Below are positions 44,537 to 58,236 of a stretch of DNA of 64,000 nucleotides, piece by piece; within the stretch, counting starts at the first letter, position 1, and each line of letters begins with the position of its first letter. Under the pieces are notes generated by a model that worked only from the letters and a program-made list of their open reading frames with translations, was not told where the DNA came from and did not search any database. This stretch comes from Gordius albopunctatus (taxonomy: Eukaryota), in NCBI GenBank assembly GCA_964276515.1, contig OZ193909.1, positions 15,624,001-15,688,000 of the forward strand. Direction: 5' to 3'. The translations under genes were made by a program, and so were the position numbers.

Positions 44537-45477
44537 TAGAGGTGTCCACGGATCAATCCGATCCGACATCCGATCCGATCCGTCCGAACTCGGATCGGAT
44601 CGGATTAACATTTTAATTTTGGAAGTCGGATCGGATCGGATCAACATTTTATTTTAGTCGGATCGGATCGGATACAATAATAATTAAATTAATAATTTTT
44701 AGTATACCTTTTCGTAATTATCTTTGCATTCTTTTTTTACTTTACCATTTTTGATGCCCAATACCACCTCCTTACCCCTTACTTACCCTAATATATTTAT
44801 CAGAATTTCCCTAACGTTTTTCCCTAGCTAGACGTAGACACGCATCTCTTTCTATTTCATTTCAACTCAACTCCGAAAATCATCAATCACTCTCCCCTTT
44901 CCTTAAAGCACACGCGTAGCTCCTTTCCCTCTTGATTCCTATCCGGGTAATCATGAATGATGTAGCTTGCCTTCTTAGAAGCAATCTCCATGGTGCGATT
45001 GCAAATATGATTCAAAAAAAGATTTGCTGAAATGGTGGGTTTCATATCAAACAGTCCTGCCAAGGCTTTATAAGCTGGCAAATAAATTTTTAGCCATACC
45101 TGCTACCTCTACCACTTCGGAAAGAAATTTCTCGGTGGCTGGAAGAACATTAGAAGAAAGAAGAACGCGAATTAAACCAGAAAATTTAGATTCTTTATTA
45201 TTTTTATATGATAACATGGAATTAGTCAAATAAAATTTTATATTTCAAGTATATTAAAATTGCTATACCTTATTTTTATGTATTCATCAATAAAAAGTTC
45301 TGTTCGTAAAATTTTAATTAAAAAATTTCGGATCGGATGGGATTTAGATTTTAAAAAACTCGGATCGGATCGGATTTAGATTTTAAAAAACTCGGATCGG
45401 ATCGGATGGATACGAAATTTTTTAAAAACCCCTCGGATCGGATCGGATCAAAAAAATTTGATCCGTGCACACCTCTA
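44537..45477 (+). mobile_element. Internally deleted hAT element
   Basis: TIRs TAGAGGTGTCCACGGATC / GATCCGTGCACACCTCTA; exact TSD atacatac; (GATCG)n subterminal arrays; ORF 45024-45233 LKWW...LAIPATSTTSERNFS..G is a hAT dimerization domain. Confidence 0.92.
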
Positions 45478-45576
45478 ATACATACACACACTTAAATACA
45501 TAGACTTTACTTTTAATTGCTATGCAATTTATGGGCTCGTTTTTGGTTGTCCGTCCGTCCGTCCACCAAGTTATTT

Positions 45577-46554
45577 TTTTTTTTTTTTTGTTAAAAAGTT
45601 TATTTTCAAGAAACAAAGTTACATTAATAAGCGAAATACAAAAATAAAGACATATTGGTTAAATATAAAGATTTATATCATTCTCTTCTAAAATGGGCCA
45701 TGAGTCGGCGAATGATTTAAAGTTGTATCGTGCAACAAGAATCCCTAGTTGTTGCCTGAGTAAAAAGGACGCAGAAATTTTAGATTTCGGGGTGCGTTTT
45801 CCGATTTCTTTAAAAAACCCCATTGCCTGTTTTCCAAAGGAACCAGAGCACGTGGCAACGACAGGGATAAAAATATTGGATGCCAAAAGGGCAGAATACT
45901 TTGTAGTTTTACGCCCTTCTTCTGTAGCGATAGGGTCGTAATTAAAATGGGAAGGTGCAAAAAGGTCAATATAAGTAAAATCCCATTTGAGGGATAGGCC
46001 ATTTTGCCAGGGGACTAGAGAAAAGCCGTCAGGGCGCATCCTACCTTCAAGAGAGGGATCTGACGGCTCAAGGATTGAGGGGATTTTGGCCTTTTTAAGG
46101 GCAGCTTGAATTAATAAATTAGCTTTAGTGTGCCTAACGTATTTATATTTGTTTGCTAGGCAGTGTAGAGGGTGCCTAGCATATTCGTCTACAACGGTAA
46201 GGCAGTTTTGACAGTTGAATTCTCTGCTGTAACTAATCCCCAACCTTAAAGCTATGGAATATGATAGCTCAAAGTCTTCAAGCAGCATTCCCAAAAGTTT
46301 GCTGGGATAGGCTTCAAGCCACTCGTGACCGGAACCGTCAAAAGCGAGGGACCTAAGGTTGTAATGCTGGCTATCATCGCTGCTCGATAAGAGGTAATCA
46401 ACGGAGCGCGATACTAGTCCAGAATCCCAATCCTTTTGTCTCGTACTTTGAGGTTGGATGGTCTCGGGTGTGACATTCAAATTCCAAAGCTCCAAGGCTT
46501 GAGTTAGCAGGGGGTCGGAATCATGTTTTATGAGATTAAAAATTAAGTTTTGGA
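45577..46554 (-). mobile_element. 5'-truncated CRE-like retrotransposon copy
   Basis: ORF 45659-46495 has CQNC..HPLHC and RPDG..WDFT..D motifs; close to 1695-2639; poly(A) tail at 45574-45589; the empty site ccaagttatttacacc is present in copy B. Confidence 0.92.
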
Positions 46555-46782
46555 TTTACACCAGCTTCCCGACCTGGAGGTTGCGGGTTCGAGACCCGGA
46601 GAGGACAAAATTTTTTTTTTTTTAAATTAAATTAATATTTTGTTCTTGTTAATACCATTGATAATATGACTTTTTGACCGTCCGCAGGCTACTGACCAAT
46701 GAAAAAATGACCACTGGCCAGATAAATCGAAATTTTTAATTTTTCGTTTTTGAATAGTTTAACATTGATAATTACCCTATGC

Positions 46783-47120
46783 CATGGGCGTAGGCAGGGG
46801 GGGGCGGCCGCCCCCCCCTGAATGAGAATTTTTCTATTTTTTAATGTAAATTTATGTAAAAATTGGAAAAAATTAGTGTTTCGCCCCCCCCTGATTGAAA
46901 TTAAGTTTTATGTTGAAAATTTTATTTGACGACCTTTTGACGCAAATTTAAATTATATAAGAATTAAATATTGAGATTAGTAGTTGCGTTTGTGTTAGTT
47001 CCTTCATACATCGTTTACATATCCTCTGTACACTGTACTGTTGATTAATAATGAGTTTTTATTGTGGGTTGAGGCCAAAGAATAGCAAAATATTTTAATT
47101 ACTAAAGGTCTTGGCGGCGA

Positions 47121-47157
<37 letters not shown>

Positions 47158-47224
47158 CTCACTTAGTCTCGGCGACCTTTTTTTTGCTCGCCCCCCCCTG
47201 ATCCGAAAGCTGGCTACGCCCATG
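46783..47224. mobile_element. hAT-type MITE
   Basis: TIRs CATGGGCGTAG / CTACGCCCATG; exact TSD ccctatgc; absent from copy B. Confidence 0.92.
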
Positions 47225-48952
47225 CCCTATGCCCTCCCCTACAAGGGCCTATGGCTCTATTTATATGGTTCCCTGTTCCCCTCCAAAGGCTTATGCCTCT
47301 ATTTAATGTGGGTTTTGAGACCCGGAGAGGACAAAAATTTTTTTTTTTTTTTAAATTAAATTAATATATTGTTCTTGTTAATACCATTGATAATATGAAT
47401 TTTTGACCGTCCGCAGGCTACTGACCAATGAAAAAATGACCACTGGCCAGATAAATCGAAATTTTTAATTTTTCGTTTTTGAATAGTTTAACATTGATAA
47501 TTACCCTATGCCCTCCCCTACAAGGGCCTATGGCTCTATTTATATGGTTCCCTGTTCCCCTCCAAAGGCTTATGCCTCTATTTAATGTGGGTTTGAATCC
47601 CGGAGAACGTTCTAAATTGATGGTTCGAGACCCGGAGAGGACAAAAATTTTTATTTTTTTTTTAAATTAAATTAATATATTGTTCTTGTTAATACCATTG
47701 ATAATATGAATTTTTGACCGTCCGCAGGCTACTGACCAATGAAAAAATGACCACTGGCCAGATAAATCGAAATTTTTAATTTTTCGTTTTTGAATAGTTT
47801 AACATTGATAATTACCCTATGCCCTCCCCTACAAGGGCCTATGGCTCTATTTATATGGTTCCCTGTTTCCCTCCAAAGGCTTATGCCTCTATTTAATGTG
47901 GGTTCGAATCCCGGAGAGGGCAAAATTTTTATTTTTTTAATTAATTTAATATTTTGTTCTTGTTAATACCATTGATAATATGACTTTTTGACCGTCCGCT
48001 GGCTACTGACCAATGAAAAAATGAACATTGGCCAAATAAATCCGAATTTTTCGTTTTTCCTTTTTGAGTAATTAACATTGATAATTGAAAAAAATTACCA
48101 TTGGCCAAATAAATCGAAATTTTTTGTTCGTTTTTGAATAGGTTAACATTGATAATTACCCTATACTTTTTAATAATTGCTATGCAATTTATCTAGTTTT
48201 TGGGTTAGAATCCCGGAGTTTTTTTTGACTCTTATGATTGTTCTTGTTACTATCAATGATAATAAGACTTTTTGGCCGTCCGCTGGCTGCTGACCAATGG
48301 AAAAAAATGACCATTGGCCAAAATGTGAATCGAAAATATTTTTTCCGTTTTTTTTGACTATTATGATTGTTCCTGTTCCTACCATTGCTATTATGACTTT
48401 TTGGCCGTCCGCTGGCTGCTGACCAATGGAATAAAATAACCATTGGCCAAAATGTGATTCGAAAACTTTTTTTTCGTTTTTTTTGACTATTATGAATTTA
48501 TATCCACTTTTACCGTGTCCTGGCTGCTGACCAATGGAAAAAAATGACCTTTGGCCAAAATGTGATTCGAAAATTTTTTTTTCGTTTTTTTTGACTATTA
48601 TGATTGTTCCTGTTCCTACCATTGCTATTATGACTTTTTGGTAATACAACTCCCGTAGAATTTAACTAACCATAAAGCTTCCCCTTCGCTCCCTCTCTCC
48701 CCCTTTATGATATTTGGCATATACACTTATTTAGTGCTTCCAACCTTCGTTTTGCAATATTCACGTAAGTATTTCCATAAATTGCATAGCAAATATGATA
48801 CATTTATACGGAGTGTAGATGAGTTCCCCCTTCCCTCCCCTCCTCCCCTTCCCCCTTCCCACGAGGGCCGAAGGCCCGAGTTATATATATAGATTAGTTT
48901 TTGTATATTGTTTATGGCCTTACGTTTTAAATTAGATTCAATATATTAGAAT

Positions 48953-50718
48953 TAATTGCTATGCAATTTATGGGCTCGTTTTTGGTTGTCCGTCCGTCCG
49001 TCCACCAAGTTATTTACACCAGCTTCCCGACCTGGAGGTTGCGGGTTCGAGACCCGGAGAGGACAAAAATTTTTTTTTTTAATTAAATTAATATTTTGTT
49101 CTTGTTAATACCATTGATAATATGACTTTTTGACCGTCCGCAGGCTACTGACCAATGAAAAAATGACCACTGGCCAGATAAATCGAAATTTTTAATTTTT
49201 CGTTTTTGAATAGTTTAACATTGATAATTACCCTATGCCCTCCCCTACAAGGGCCTATGGCTCTATTTATATGGTTCCCTGTTCCCCTCCAAAGGCTTAT
49301 GCCTCTATTTAATGTGGGTTTGAATCCCGGCGAACGTTCTAAATTGATGGTTCGAGACCCGGAGAGGACAAAAATTTATATTTTTTTTTAAATTAAATTA
49401 ATATATTGTTCTTGTTAATACCATTAATAATATGAATTTTTGACCGTCCGCAGGCTACTGACCAATGAAAAAATGACCACTGGCCAGATAAATCGAAATT
49501 TTTAATTTTTCGTTTTTGAATAGTTTAACATTGATAATTACCCTATGCCCTCCCCTACAAGGGCCTATGGCTCTATTTATATGGTTCCCTGTTCCCCTCC
49601 AAAGGCTTATGCATCTATTTAATGTGGGTTCGAATCCCGGAGGGGGCAAAATTTTTATTTTTTTAATTAATTTAATATTTTGTTGTTGTTAATACCATTG
49701 ATAATATGACTTTTTGACCGTCCGCTGGCTACTGACCAATGAAAAAATGAATATTGGCCAAATAAATCCTAATTTTTCGTTTTTCCTTTTTGAATAAGTT
49801 AACATTGATAATTGAAAAAAATTACCATTGGCCAAATAAATCGAAATTTTTTGTTCGTTTTTGAATAGGTTAACATTGATAATTACCCTATACTTTTTAA
49901 TAATTGCTATGCAATTTATCTCGTTTTTGGGTTAGAATCCCGGAGTTTTTTTTGACTCTTATGATTGTTCTTGTTACTATCATTGATAATAAGACTTTTT
50001 GGCCGTCCGCTGGCTGCTGACCAATGAAAAAAATGACCATTGGCCAAAATGTGATTCGAAAATTTTTTTTTCGTTTTTTTTGACTGTTATGAATTTATAT
50101 CCACTTTTACCGTGTCCTGGCTGCTGACCAATGGAAAAAAATGACCATTGGCCAAAATGTGAATCGAAAATATTTTTTCCGTTTTTTTTGACTATTATGA
50201 TTGTTCCTGTTCCTACCATTGCTATTATGACTTTTTGGCCGTCCGCTGGCTGCTGACCAATGGAATAAAATAACCATTGGCCAAAATGTGATTCGAAAAC
50301 TTTTTTTTCGTTTTTTTTGACTATTATGAATTTATATCCACTTTTACCGTGTCCTGGCTGCTGACCAATGGAAAAAAATGACCTTTGGCCAAAATGTGAT
50401 TCGAAAATTTTTTTTTCGTTTTTTTTGACTATTATGATTGTTCCTGTTCCTACCATTGCTATTATGACTTTTTGGTAATACAACTGTTTCCCGTAGAATT
50501 TAACTAACCATAAAGCTTCCCCTTCGCTCCCTCTCTCCCCCTTTATGATATTTGGCATATACACTTATTTAGTGCTTCCAACCTTCGTTTTGCAATATTC
50601 ACGTAAGTATTTCCATAAATTGCATAGCAAATATGATACATTTATACGGAGTATAGATGAGTTCCCCCTTCCCTCCCCTTCTCCACTTCCCCCTTCCCAC
50701 GAGGGCCGAAGGCCCGAG
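48953..50718 (+). mobile_element. HINE-like element, copy B
   Basis: Same subterminal IRs (48956, 50613), (GTCC)n, tandem repeats and hairpin (50703-50715) as copy A. Confidence 0.8.
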
Positions 50719-50977
50719 TCTTTATAGTCTCTCCTGATGATGGCCAATATTAATAAAATACTCTCTAATTTATAATATCATATCGTGAGATTAGCAATAA
50801 CATTAAATTTCTCAAAGCCTCAGTTGGAGTCTAAAGTTCTTATTCCACAAAAAAAGCTACAAAATTTTATTAATTTAAAACTGAAGGAAATTAATTTACT
50901 TATTGTTTATATGTGATTATAATTATAATAATGATTGCAATTTAGAGTTGTTAAATATGATTTATTTGAACAATTTA

Positions 50978-51162
50978 GGGCCAAACCTGGATATAGTGCA
51001 ATACCAGGTTGACCCGTAGAAGGAGATGAGCAAGCTCAGAGCTCCTCCCTAAAGCCTAAAAATAAGGATAATTTCTGGTTCCTCAATGAGGAACTACCAG
51101 AGATTAAACTGATAAGAACAGAACTATACACTTGATCTTAGCTATAAAAGCCGAGAAGCGAT
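50978..51162 (-). ncRNA. U2: U2 spliceosomal snRNA, second variant copy
   Basis: Reverse complement of 10180-10364 with about 4 substitutions around the Sm site and stem III. Confidence 0.95.
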
Positions 51163-52928
51163 ACATATCTAAAAAGTCCCCTTTTTATATACCACTAAAA
51201 TTATGATCTTCTATGGTAATTTAATATATTATCCTTGTAATCTAGCATTTCCATAATTTTTCATAGATTAATGGTAATATAATTTGAAAAAATGATTGTT
51301 ATCTAAATAATAATAATATTTGTGCAATTAATACTACAAGTTAGCAATAATAACATTCATTCGGAGTTTTAATAAAAATCAACGTTGTTAGCATCTATAT
51401 GTTGTTTTATTTTAGAAACTAAGAGTAAAGCAATATACTATTCTATTGTGTTGGTAAGGCTCATGTAACTAAAGCACATAAAGAAATGCCTCACGTAGCA
51501 TAAAGCGTTGGTGTTTATCTTTGTTGGGTGAAAATTTTCACTAGAACTTTGGCCTTTGGCGTTATTGTATTGTCATGTGTGGTGCATGCACATGGGCGTA
51601 GCCACCACCGTCGATATACAAATGAATAATATCCAAAATCAACATTTCCTCCCCTTATTTTAACGAAAAAATTGCTCATAAGTTGTAATGGGCAAGAGCA
51701 TTTTAATAAAAATTATTTAATATAAATGAGCGTTTAATTTTAAAGATAAATGTTTGTCAAAATTATTATTATTCAAAAGAGAAAATTTAATAACTGTGAA
51801 ATACAAAAAGTCTTCCTTCATTTTTTACTCTTTTAAAAATTATAACAATTGCAAAAAAATCTAGATCATCAAATATTTGTTGTGATGTTTTATTTAAATT
51901 TTAAAATTATTATCTAAGCGATGTTTGTTATTTCTAATAATGTTTCCTTTTTATTTTAATTTATTGATTTGTGTTTATTATTCTTTTGTTAATGTTATTA
52001 AACAACATTATTTATAAATATCTTATTAAAAAATCTTATCATAGGTAGGCGGGCAACCATTTTCCTGTGTAACCAATATTTTTCCGTTTTTTATATTATA
52101 CTCAAGGAGTTATGATATAACCAAACGATAATTATCATATAGAAAAATCAATGGGAACTAATTTTTTAGGTAATCTCCTTAATAATTGTTACAGTGTTCA
52201 TTTTAGGGACTAATCACTCTAAAATTGTCAAGAAATCTTTCAAAGACATCTTTAAAAAATACAAATCATACATGTTGTTAAATTCGAAAATGTATCAAAA
52301 GTTTAGTAAAAAAAATTAAAACAAAAACAATTAAAGGTAAATTTAATTAAGTGTTTACTAAAGTTTATATAGATTCAAAGAGAAAAATTTCTTAATTTAA
52401 TTAAAATTACGAAGGCGGAAATGGTTAATTTTAAAAACAAATCGTATGAAAATGAAAGGTATGCAACAATAAAACAATTTTTTGTCGCTTACATCAAACG
52501 TGTACTGTTAAAGAATATTCAATTAACATTCTAGTTTTGGAACTATTAAATTTAATCTGTATTCCTAACATTTGGAAAAATTTTGGCAATAAAATGATTA
52601 ATTGTCAAAATTTCAACCTGATCAACATTGTACAAACACTTATTTTTCACGTTTTCCTACGCACACCCGCAAGAAAAAAAATATTTTGTTTCCCCCCTCC
52701 CCAAATACGACCATAGGTCAAATGCAACTAGGGATGGATATTTTCCCGGAAAATTTGCTTAAGGGAAAATTCCTCGGAGGAATTAACGGGGAAAAACAAT
52801 AAATTAAGGAGAAAAAATGAGCAGTATAGATATTTAAATTAGTATAAAAAAATGTTAATGAGTATGAATAAGACTGATTAAATTTATTTGTGGAACAATT
52901 TAAAGAAGCAAATTCAAGCATATTATAA

Positions 52929-53135
52929 TCTATATATATAAAGTAAAGTCTATGTATGTAAGGGCTAAATTCTGAAACTACCGGCCCGATTTGCGCGAAA
53001 CTTTAACCGTAGATGCCCAGGGCGGCCAGGGGTAAAATAGCCTTTTTTCATAATCCTAAAATTCCTTTTAGTTTTAAAAATATGGGACATTTCCCTGCCA
53101 GTTTAGTTTATAGCATAATATACAATAATGACGTC
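52929..53135 (+). mobile_element. Helitron family A, 5' portion
   Basis: A|TCTATATATATAAAGTAAAGTCTATGTATGTAAGGGC matches the 10656 start; lacks the internal duplication. Confidence 0.8.
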
Positions 53136-54105
53136 AGGAAAGTTAGAATATAAGTAGAAATATGTATTATTTATTTATAGGATTAATTTAATATTATTAA
53201 AAATAAATATTAGACTTATACATTTTATATATTGAAATGGGGCACGAATTTTATCACGTCATGGATTTTATGAACCCACTATTTTTAGTGTATATATAAT
53301 AAGACAAACCAATTTACTTATGATAATAATTTGTCTGACTTATTTGATCCCACATCGCCCCCATACCTGTGACATTTGTATTCTTTATATAATACGTTCT
53401 TTTAATGTACATTGTTATTATATAACTTTTTCAGGCTCGTGTCCCCAAATAAATTATATGCTTCTATGGCCATGTGATAATAATGGCAGCTCATTAATTT
53501 TGTTGCCAATTTTATTAGTTGAGTTTTTAAAAAAAATGTGGTATTTTTTAATTTTCTTATTTAAATTTTTCACTTTTTTTAAAATATTTTTAAAAATTTT
53601 TATAGTATTTATCCACCGTAATTCTGTCTTAATTTTTCCATGTATAACAAAGTGATGCGAATGATAAAAAAGTATTATTTAAGAGTGGTTAAGAAAATAT
53701 AACCGATAGATCAACAACCCCCCAGGAAACAACAAATAAAAAGTTTTCTCTCCCCTGCATTCCCCGACAAACTCTTTACCTGCAATTAGTTATTTACGTT
53801 TACTTTCCATCGATTGTAAAACAAAACTACATTTAGATAAATCTTCTGCAAAAAATATCCCCACACACTTAATTTGCCAGACATAATGTATATGGCAAAA
53901 CAACTCTTTCCGGGCTTATCTAGTTAAATATAAATCATAGTCTTAAATTTTCAATATCAGAACATTGACTCATCAGAAGATTATACCAAATCATTGTAAT
54001 CCTGTAAAATTGTTTATTCAACAATGGATCTCCTATTGCTTTTCTGGAAGGGGGTTTGTAAAAAGGTTTTATAAATTTGAAAAATTCCTTCTAATATGGA
54101 TTCTC

Positions 54106-54802
54106 TAGTGATGCGGAAAAACCGAGAAAAATCTCGGTCTCGTCTCAAAAAACCGAGACGAGATCCATTAAAAGTCACTCGCACATTGTGGTTTATAACA
54201 CTATAGTAAACATGCAATAAATACTATGATGGGCTATAATTAAGAATGGTACTAATGGACTTAAATGTTTGCCTTAAGTATGTTAAGGCTTACTTTGAAG
54301 CTTTAGCCAGGGTTAATAAAGGGTCTAAATTTGCTAGATTGTGCAACTAGGTCAACTATAACCGAAATTATTATTTTTTAAGTCTATATAGTTGACAAAC
54401 ACGGTGATTTGATACAAACGTTATAATTTGCTAGAACAATAAAATTTAATTTTCTATACTTCAAATTTATTTATAGTTTTTTAGTCTGCACTTTCCATAG
54501 AAAATGTTATTTTTTTGAATGAATTCATATCTTTATATTTACAATCAGATGTCGTGTCCCGCTAAATCTTTAAAAATTTGTGTATTAAAGTTTATCAAAA
54601 AATATAAAAATTTGCCATTTTAATTTTTTAAAAACTTATTTAATATTTTTAATAAAACAGGAGAAATTTTTATTCCGTATATATTTTTTTTAAAAAGTCG
54701 AGACGAGACGAGATCGATATTTTTCTAGACCAAGACGAGATTTTTATAATCGCTGCCGAGACGAGATTTTATTTTCGAGACCGATACGAGATCGAAACAC
54801 TA
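54106..54802. mobile_element. hAT-type MITE
   Basis: Ends TAGTGATGCG / CGAAACACTA; exact TSD ggattctc; CGAGA subterminal repeats. Confidence 0.85.
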
Positions 54803-55110
54803 GGATTCTCCGTAATATTAAATGGACAGTTAGACATCCAAATAGCCAAGCTAACATTTCATCTAATTTTTGTTGCTATATCAAAGTATTGTATAATATT
54901 GGATGTTGATTGTTTTGGGTCACATAAAGCAGATGTTTGTTGTATAGGGCATTTTTTAGGCATTACCTCACAAATTGATGATTGTGGAGAGGGGGACATA
55001 AAAAAAACTTATTGATAATTTTTTTCCTTAAAAAATCTGGGCACTTAGCAAGCACACGTGAAGGGGGCGGGAATGGAGTAGATAGAGAGGAGAGTAGGTG
55101 AAAGGAGAGA

Positions 55111-58100
55111 GTAAGTAAGTAAGTAAGTTTGCCGCGAAGACGCCCAAGAGCTTAGTTAGTGCAATCTAAGGTTGAGCCCCTTCTAACGCCAAATGGCGCA
55201 TCAGGCCACGTTAGTGATAACGTGTGTAAGTAGGCTGTAAAAAAATGATTAACATGCAGTGTAATTATGACATGTAAATATGTAATACCTGTTGACTTGA
55301 AAGTAATGTAAAGCCTTTAATGCAAGGTCGTAAATGAATAGTGTGTGAGAAGATCCTTACTGGGGGAGCCGCAATAATTTGTTCTTTGAGAAGTCTTTCC
55401 AACGTTTCCTGTCTTGCATGATGGGCAGCAATGAATTCCAATCATGGCCCATTGTTTGGACATCGCGGAACACCTTGTAAAGCCAGCTGCCATTGCATTT
55501 GCGACCTTTTAGCTGAGGTGGACACCAGAACAGGGAAGATAGACAGTAGTTGGTTCCCTTCCTCCGCACTTGATGAGCCAAAAAACCCCATTTTCTCGTG
55601 AGTAGAATATTTTTAATTGGAGCGACTTTGCAACGCACCCATAGATCCTCGTTGGTTATTCTCAACGGATAAAATATCCGGCAAACGATACGTAGCATTT
55701 TATTAAGACTGACTTGCAGTTTCTTTAAGCTAGGAGCCTTCAGCGACCAAGATTCGCAACCGTATAGGAGGATTGGTAGGAACGTGACTTTGAAATCCTC
55801 AAACGCGTCTGGAGCGTCAGTTGACGTGAGCGCCATATCACCGAGCAAGAGTAGAATTTGACCATGGTCCGGCGGAGCTTCGATTCGGCATCCGCTTCGG
55901 CGTAGGTATCTGGAGTAAGCTCCACTCCCAAATATCGGACTTTTTGAGATGCATTTATTACGATGTTGTTGATTACCAGAGTAGAGTTCGAGGGATCGTT
56001 TATGCATATCATAGAGCATTTGTCGGGGTTTATGAGCAGTCCTGCTTGCTTGGCTTGGATGCTGAACCTGTCTAACATTAGTTGTGCTTTGGAGATAGAA
56101 GGGGCCACTAGACAAATGTCGTCTGCGAACAACAGGGATGATAGAGTAGTGCCGTTTAGTTTGATACCATCTGTCGGAAGTGTGGATCTCTTCATTATTA
56201 GATCCATCGCAATTATAAAGAGGAGAGGAGACAGCGGACAGCCTTGCCTGACACCAGATGTTACTGGTAAGGGTTCCGATTTGTGGTGGAGGTGGGAGAT
56301 AACTAGTTTCATGTTTTCGTAGAGTAGAAAGATCATGAGAATTATTTTCTTAGGCAAGCCTAAGAGGCATAGTGCTTCCCAAATGTATAGATGGCACAGC
56401 GAATCAAAAGCTTTAGCGATGTCCAAAAATACAAGAACCAAGGGGGAACCGCTTGTCCGTGAAATATCCATTATGTTCCTTAAAGTTATTATGTGCTCTG
56501 TCGTCGTACGGCACTTCCTAAAACCAGTTTGATTGTTTTTAATTATTTCATCCACCTCGCTGTAAATTCGATTGTAAATAACCTTGATGAATATTTTTGA
56601 TTCAAGGTTAATGATAGTCACGCCCCGGTAGTTGTTGGGATTGGATGGATCACCTTTTTTGAACAGTTTGATCAAGTGACCTATTGTCCAGGAGTCCGGT
56701 ATTACCTCTTTCGTCCAAACTTTCCGAAACAAGTGGTGCAAAAGAGAGCTAGAGATAAGGGGGTCGGCTTTGAGTGCTTCCGAGGTTAGGCCTGACGGGT
56801 CGGCCGCTTTGTGGAATTTGAGTGACTTGATAGCTCTGTCAATTTCAGATAAATAGGGTGGGTCCGTATCAATGTGGAGGGGTGGTGGGCCTTTGAAGTT
56901 AACGATAAATCCTCTGTATATATCCACTACAGGGAATAAGGGCTGGGCCGATAAAATTGAACGAAAATGGTCTTCCCAAACTTTGGTTTGGGCCAAGGAG
57001 TCGTTTGAGCCGCCAACTGTGCTTATGCTATTGTAGGCTCGTTTGGAGAATGTGTTATAGTTAAGGCTATCTAGAATGGTAAATAGCTGGTGATTGTTAT
57101 TGGAACGTGCTGCCGCTTCGGCCTCTGTGGTTTTTGCGTTAATAAACGCAATTTTATCTTGTCTGATGCTGGATTTAATCCGCTTGCTGAGGGCGGATAA
57201 CCATGCGTTTTTGAAAGGAAACTCATTTCTATCACAGTAGATGTTAGATTTTGTCTTGAGGAGCCCTTGTTTTTTCTGAAAACCATGTCTTTGTTCTAAT
57301 TCGACACTGGTCCTTCAAGGGGATTGTAAATATTTCAGATATTTTTATGCTGTGGTCGTTTATCGACAGGTCGGAGAGATTGCTATTTTGGATTTTTAGT
57401 TTAAGGTGGTCCCTAAATTCAATGGTTTGGGACAGACCTTGGGGCCTTATTTTGGGGGGTTTGCGTGTCGAAGGAACACGTAGGGTGGCTGCTTTCAGCA
57501 ATAGTTCAGCCGCTATTGCACAATGGTCGGCGTCATCGGTGAGGGGGTCCACGATTACATGAAAGTTTTTGACTATTTTTAGATGTCTTACCCTACAGAT
57601 CAGATGGTCTATTTGGCTTGATTGCAAGTTGTTTTTTTTCCGGAAGGTGGCCAGCCGATTATATGGAAGATCTGAGAAAGTTGAAGTAATTCGCCAATTT
57701 CCCATATTGCACCATTTTTTTAGAATAATACCGTTTTTGTTGTTGGAGCCTAGGGTGTTAGGGCCTATTAAATTATGGTTGTCACGGTCAGTGCGCCCGA
57801 CGGATGAATTCAGGTCGCCAGTTATAATTGGCACCGACTTGCGGCTTAATTCTTTGATTTTGTCAAAGAGAAGACTGAAAAATTCGTTAATAACCTTAGT
57901 TTTGTAGGAGGATGTAGGGGCATAAACATTTATCACCGACAACACACGTACCCCTATTGTTAGATTGATTATAAGAATCCTTTCATTTACCCAGTCGATA
58001 CTCAGAACGGGAAGACGTTTATTTATGAAAGTCGAAACCCCTGTTGCTGGGTTATCTGTAAAACCCACGTGGTAAAGGGTGTACTCTGAGCTGCTGTCGA

Positions 58101-58236
58101 TCCTAGAATGAGGAATCCGCGTCTGCTGTAGACATAGGATGTCGAGTTTATGCTTTCTTGCATATGTTAGCATCATCTGTTGTTTGCCTTGGATCATAAG
58201 GGAATTGATATTTATAGAAGCTATTTTGATCTTCAT
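55111..58236 (-). mobile_element. APE-RT LINE (RTE-like), nearly full ORF with a few disruptions
   Basis: AP endonuclease (IASININ, GDLNS, IDHL) at 57244-58236; RT (NYRGVT, FLDIAKAFDS, GVRQGCPLSPLLF, LFADD) at 55740-56996; LLYGCESW C-terminus; (ACTT)n tail at 55111-55128; two frameshifts and one stop. Confidence 0.92.

Larger units (their letters stand above)
45514..48880 (+). mobile_element. DINE-1/Helentron-associated (HINE-like) element, copy A, with nested insertions
   Basis: 18-bp subterminal IR ttgctatgcaatttatgg (45517) / ccataaattgcatagcaa (48775); (GTCC)n microsatellite; central tandem repeats; 3' hairpin GGGCC-GAA-GGCCC; inserted in a T run. Confidence 0.8.

Noticed and set aside
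44555..44675. (GATCG)n arrays as a CRISPR-like or regulatory repeat
   Set aside because: They are subterminal repeats of the hAT element; no unique spacers, and the context is eukaryotic.
46575..46605. tRNA-like GGTTCGA motifs as tRNA genes
   Set aside because: No D-arm/A-box or acceptor stem; they are part of a repeat unit.
47111..50747. Repetitive ORFs, including the 159-aa and 194-aa minus-strand ones
   Set aside because: They are translations of tandem-repeat units inside the HINE-like elements, with no domain signal.
55963..57907. Plus-strand ORFs over the LINE
   Set aside because: Antisense shadows of the RT and endonuclease frames.
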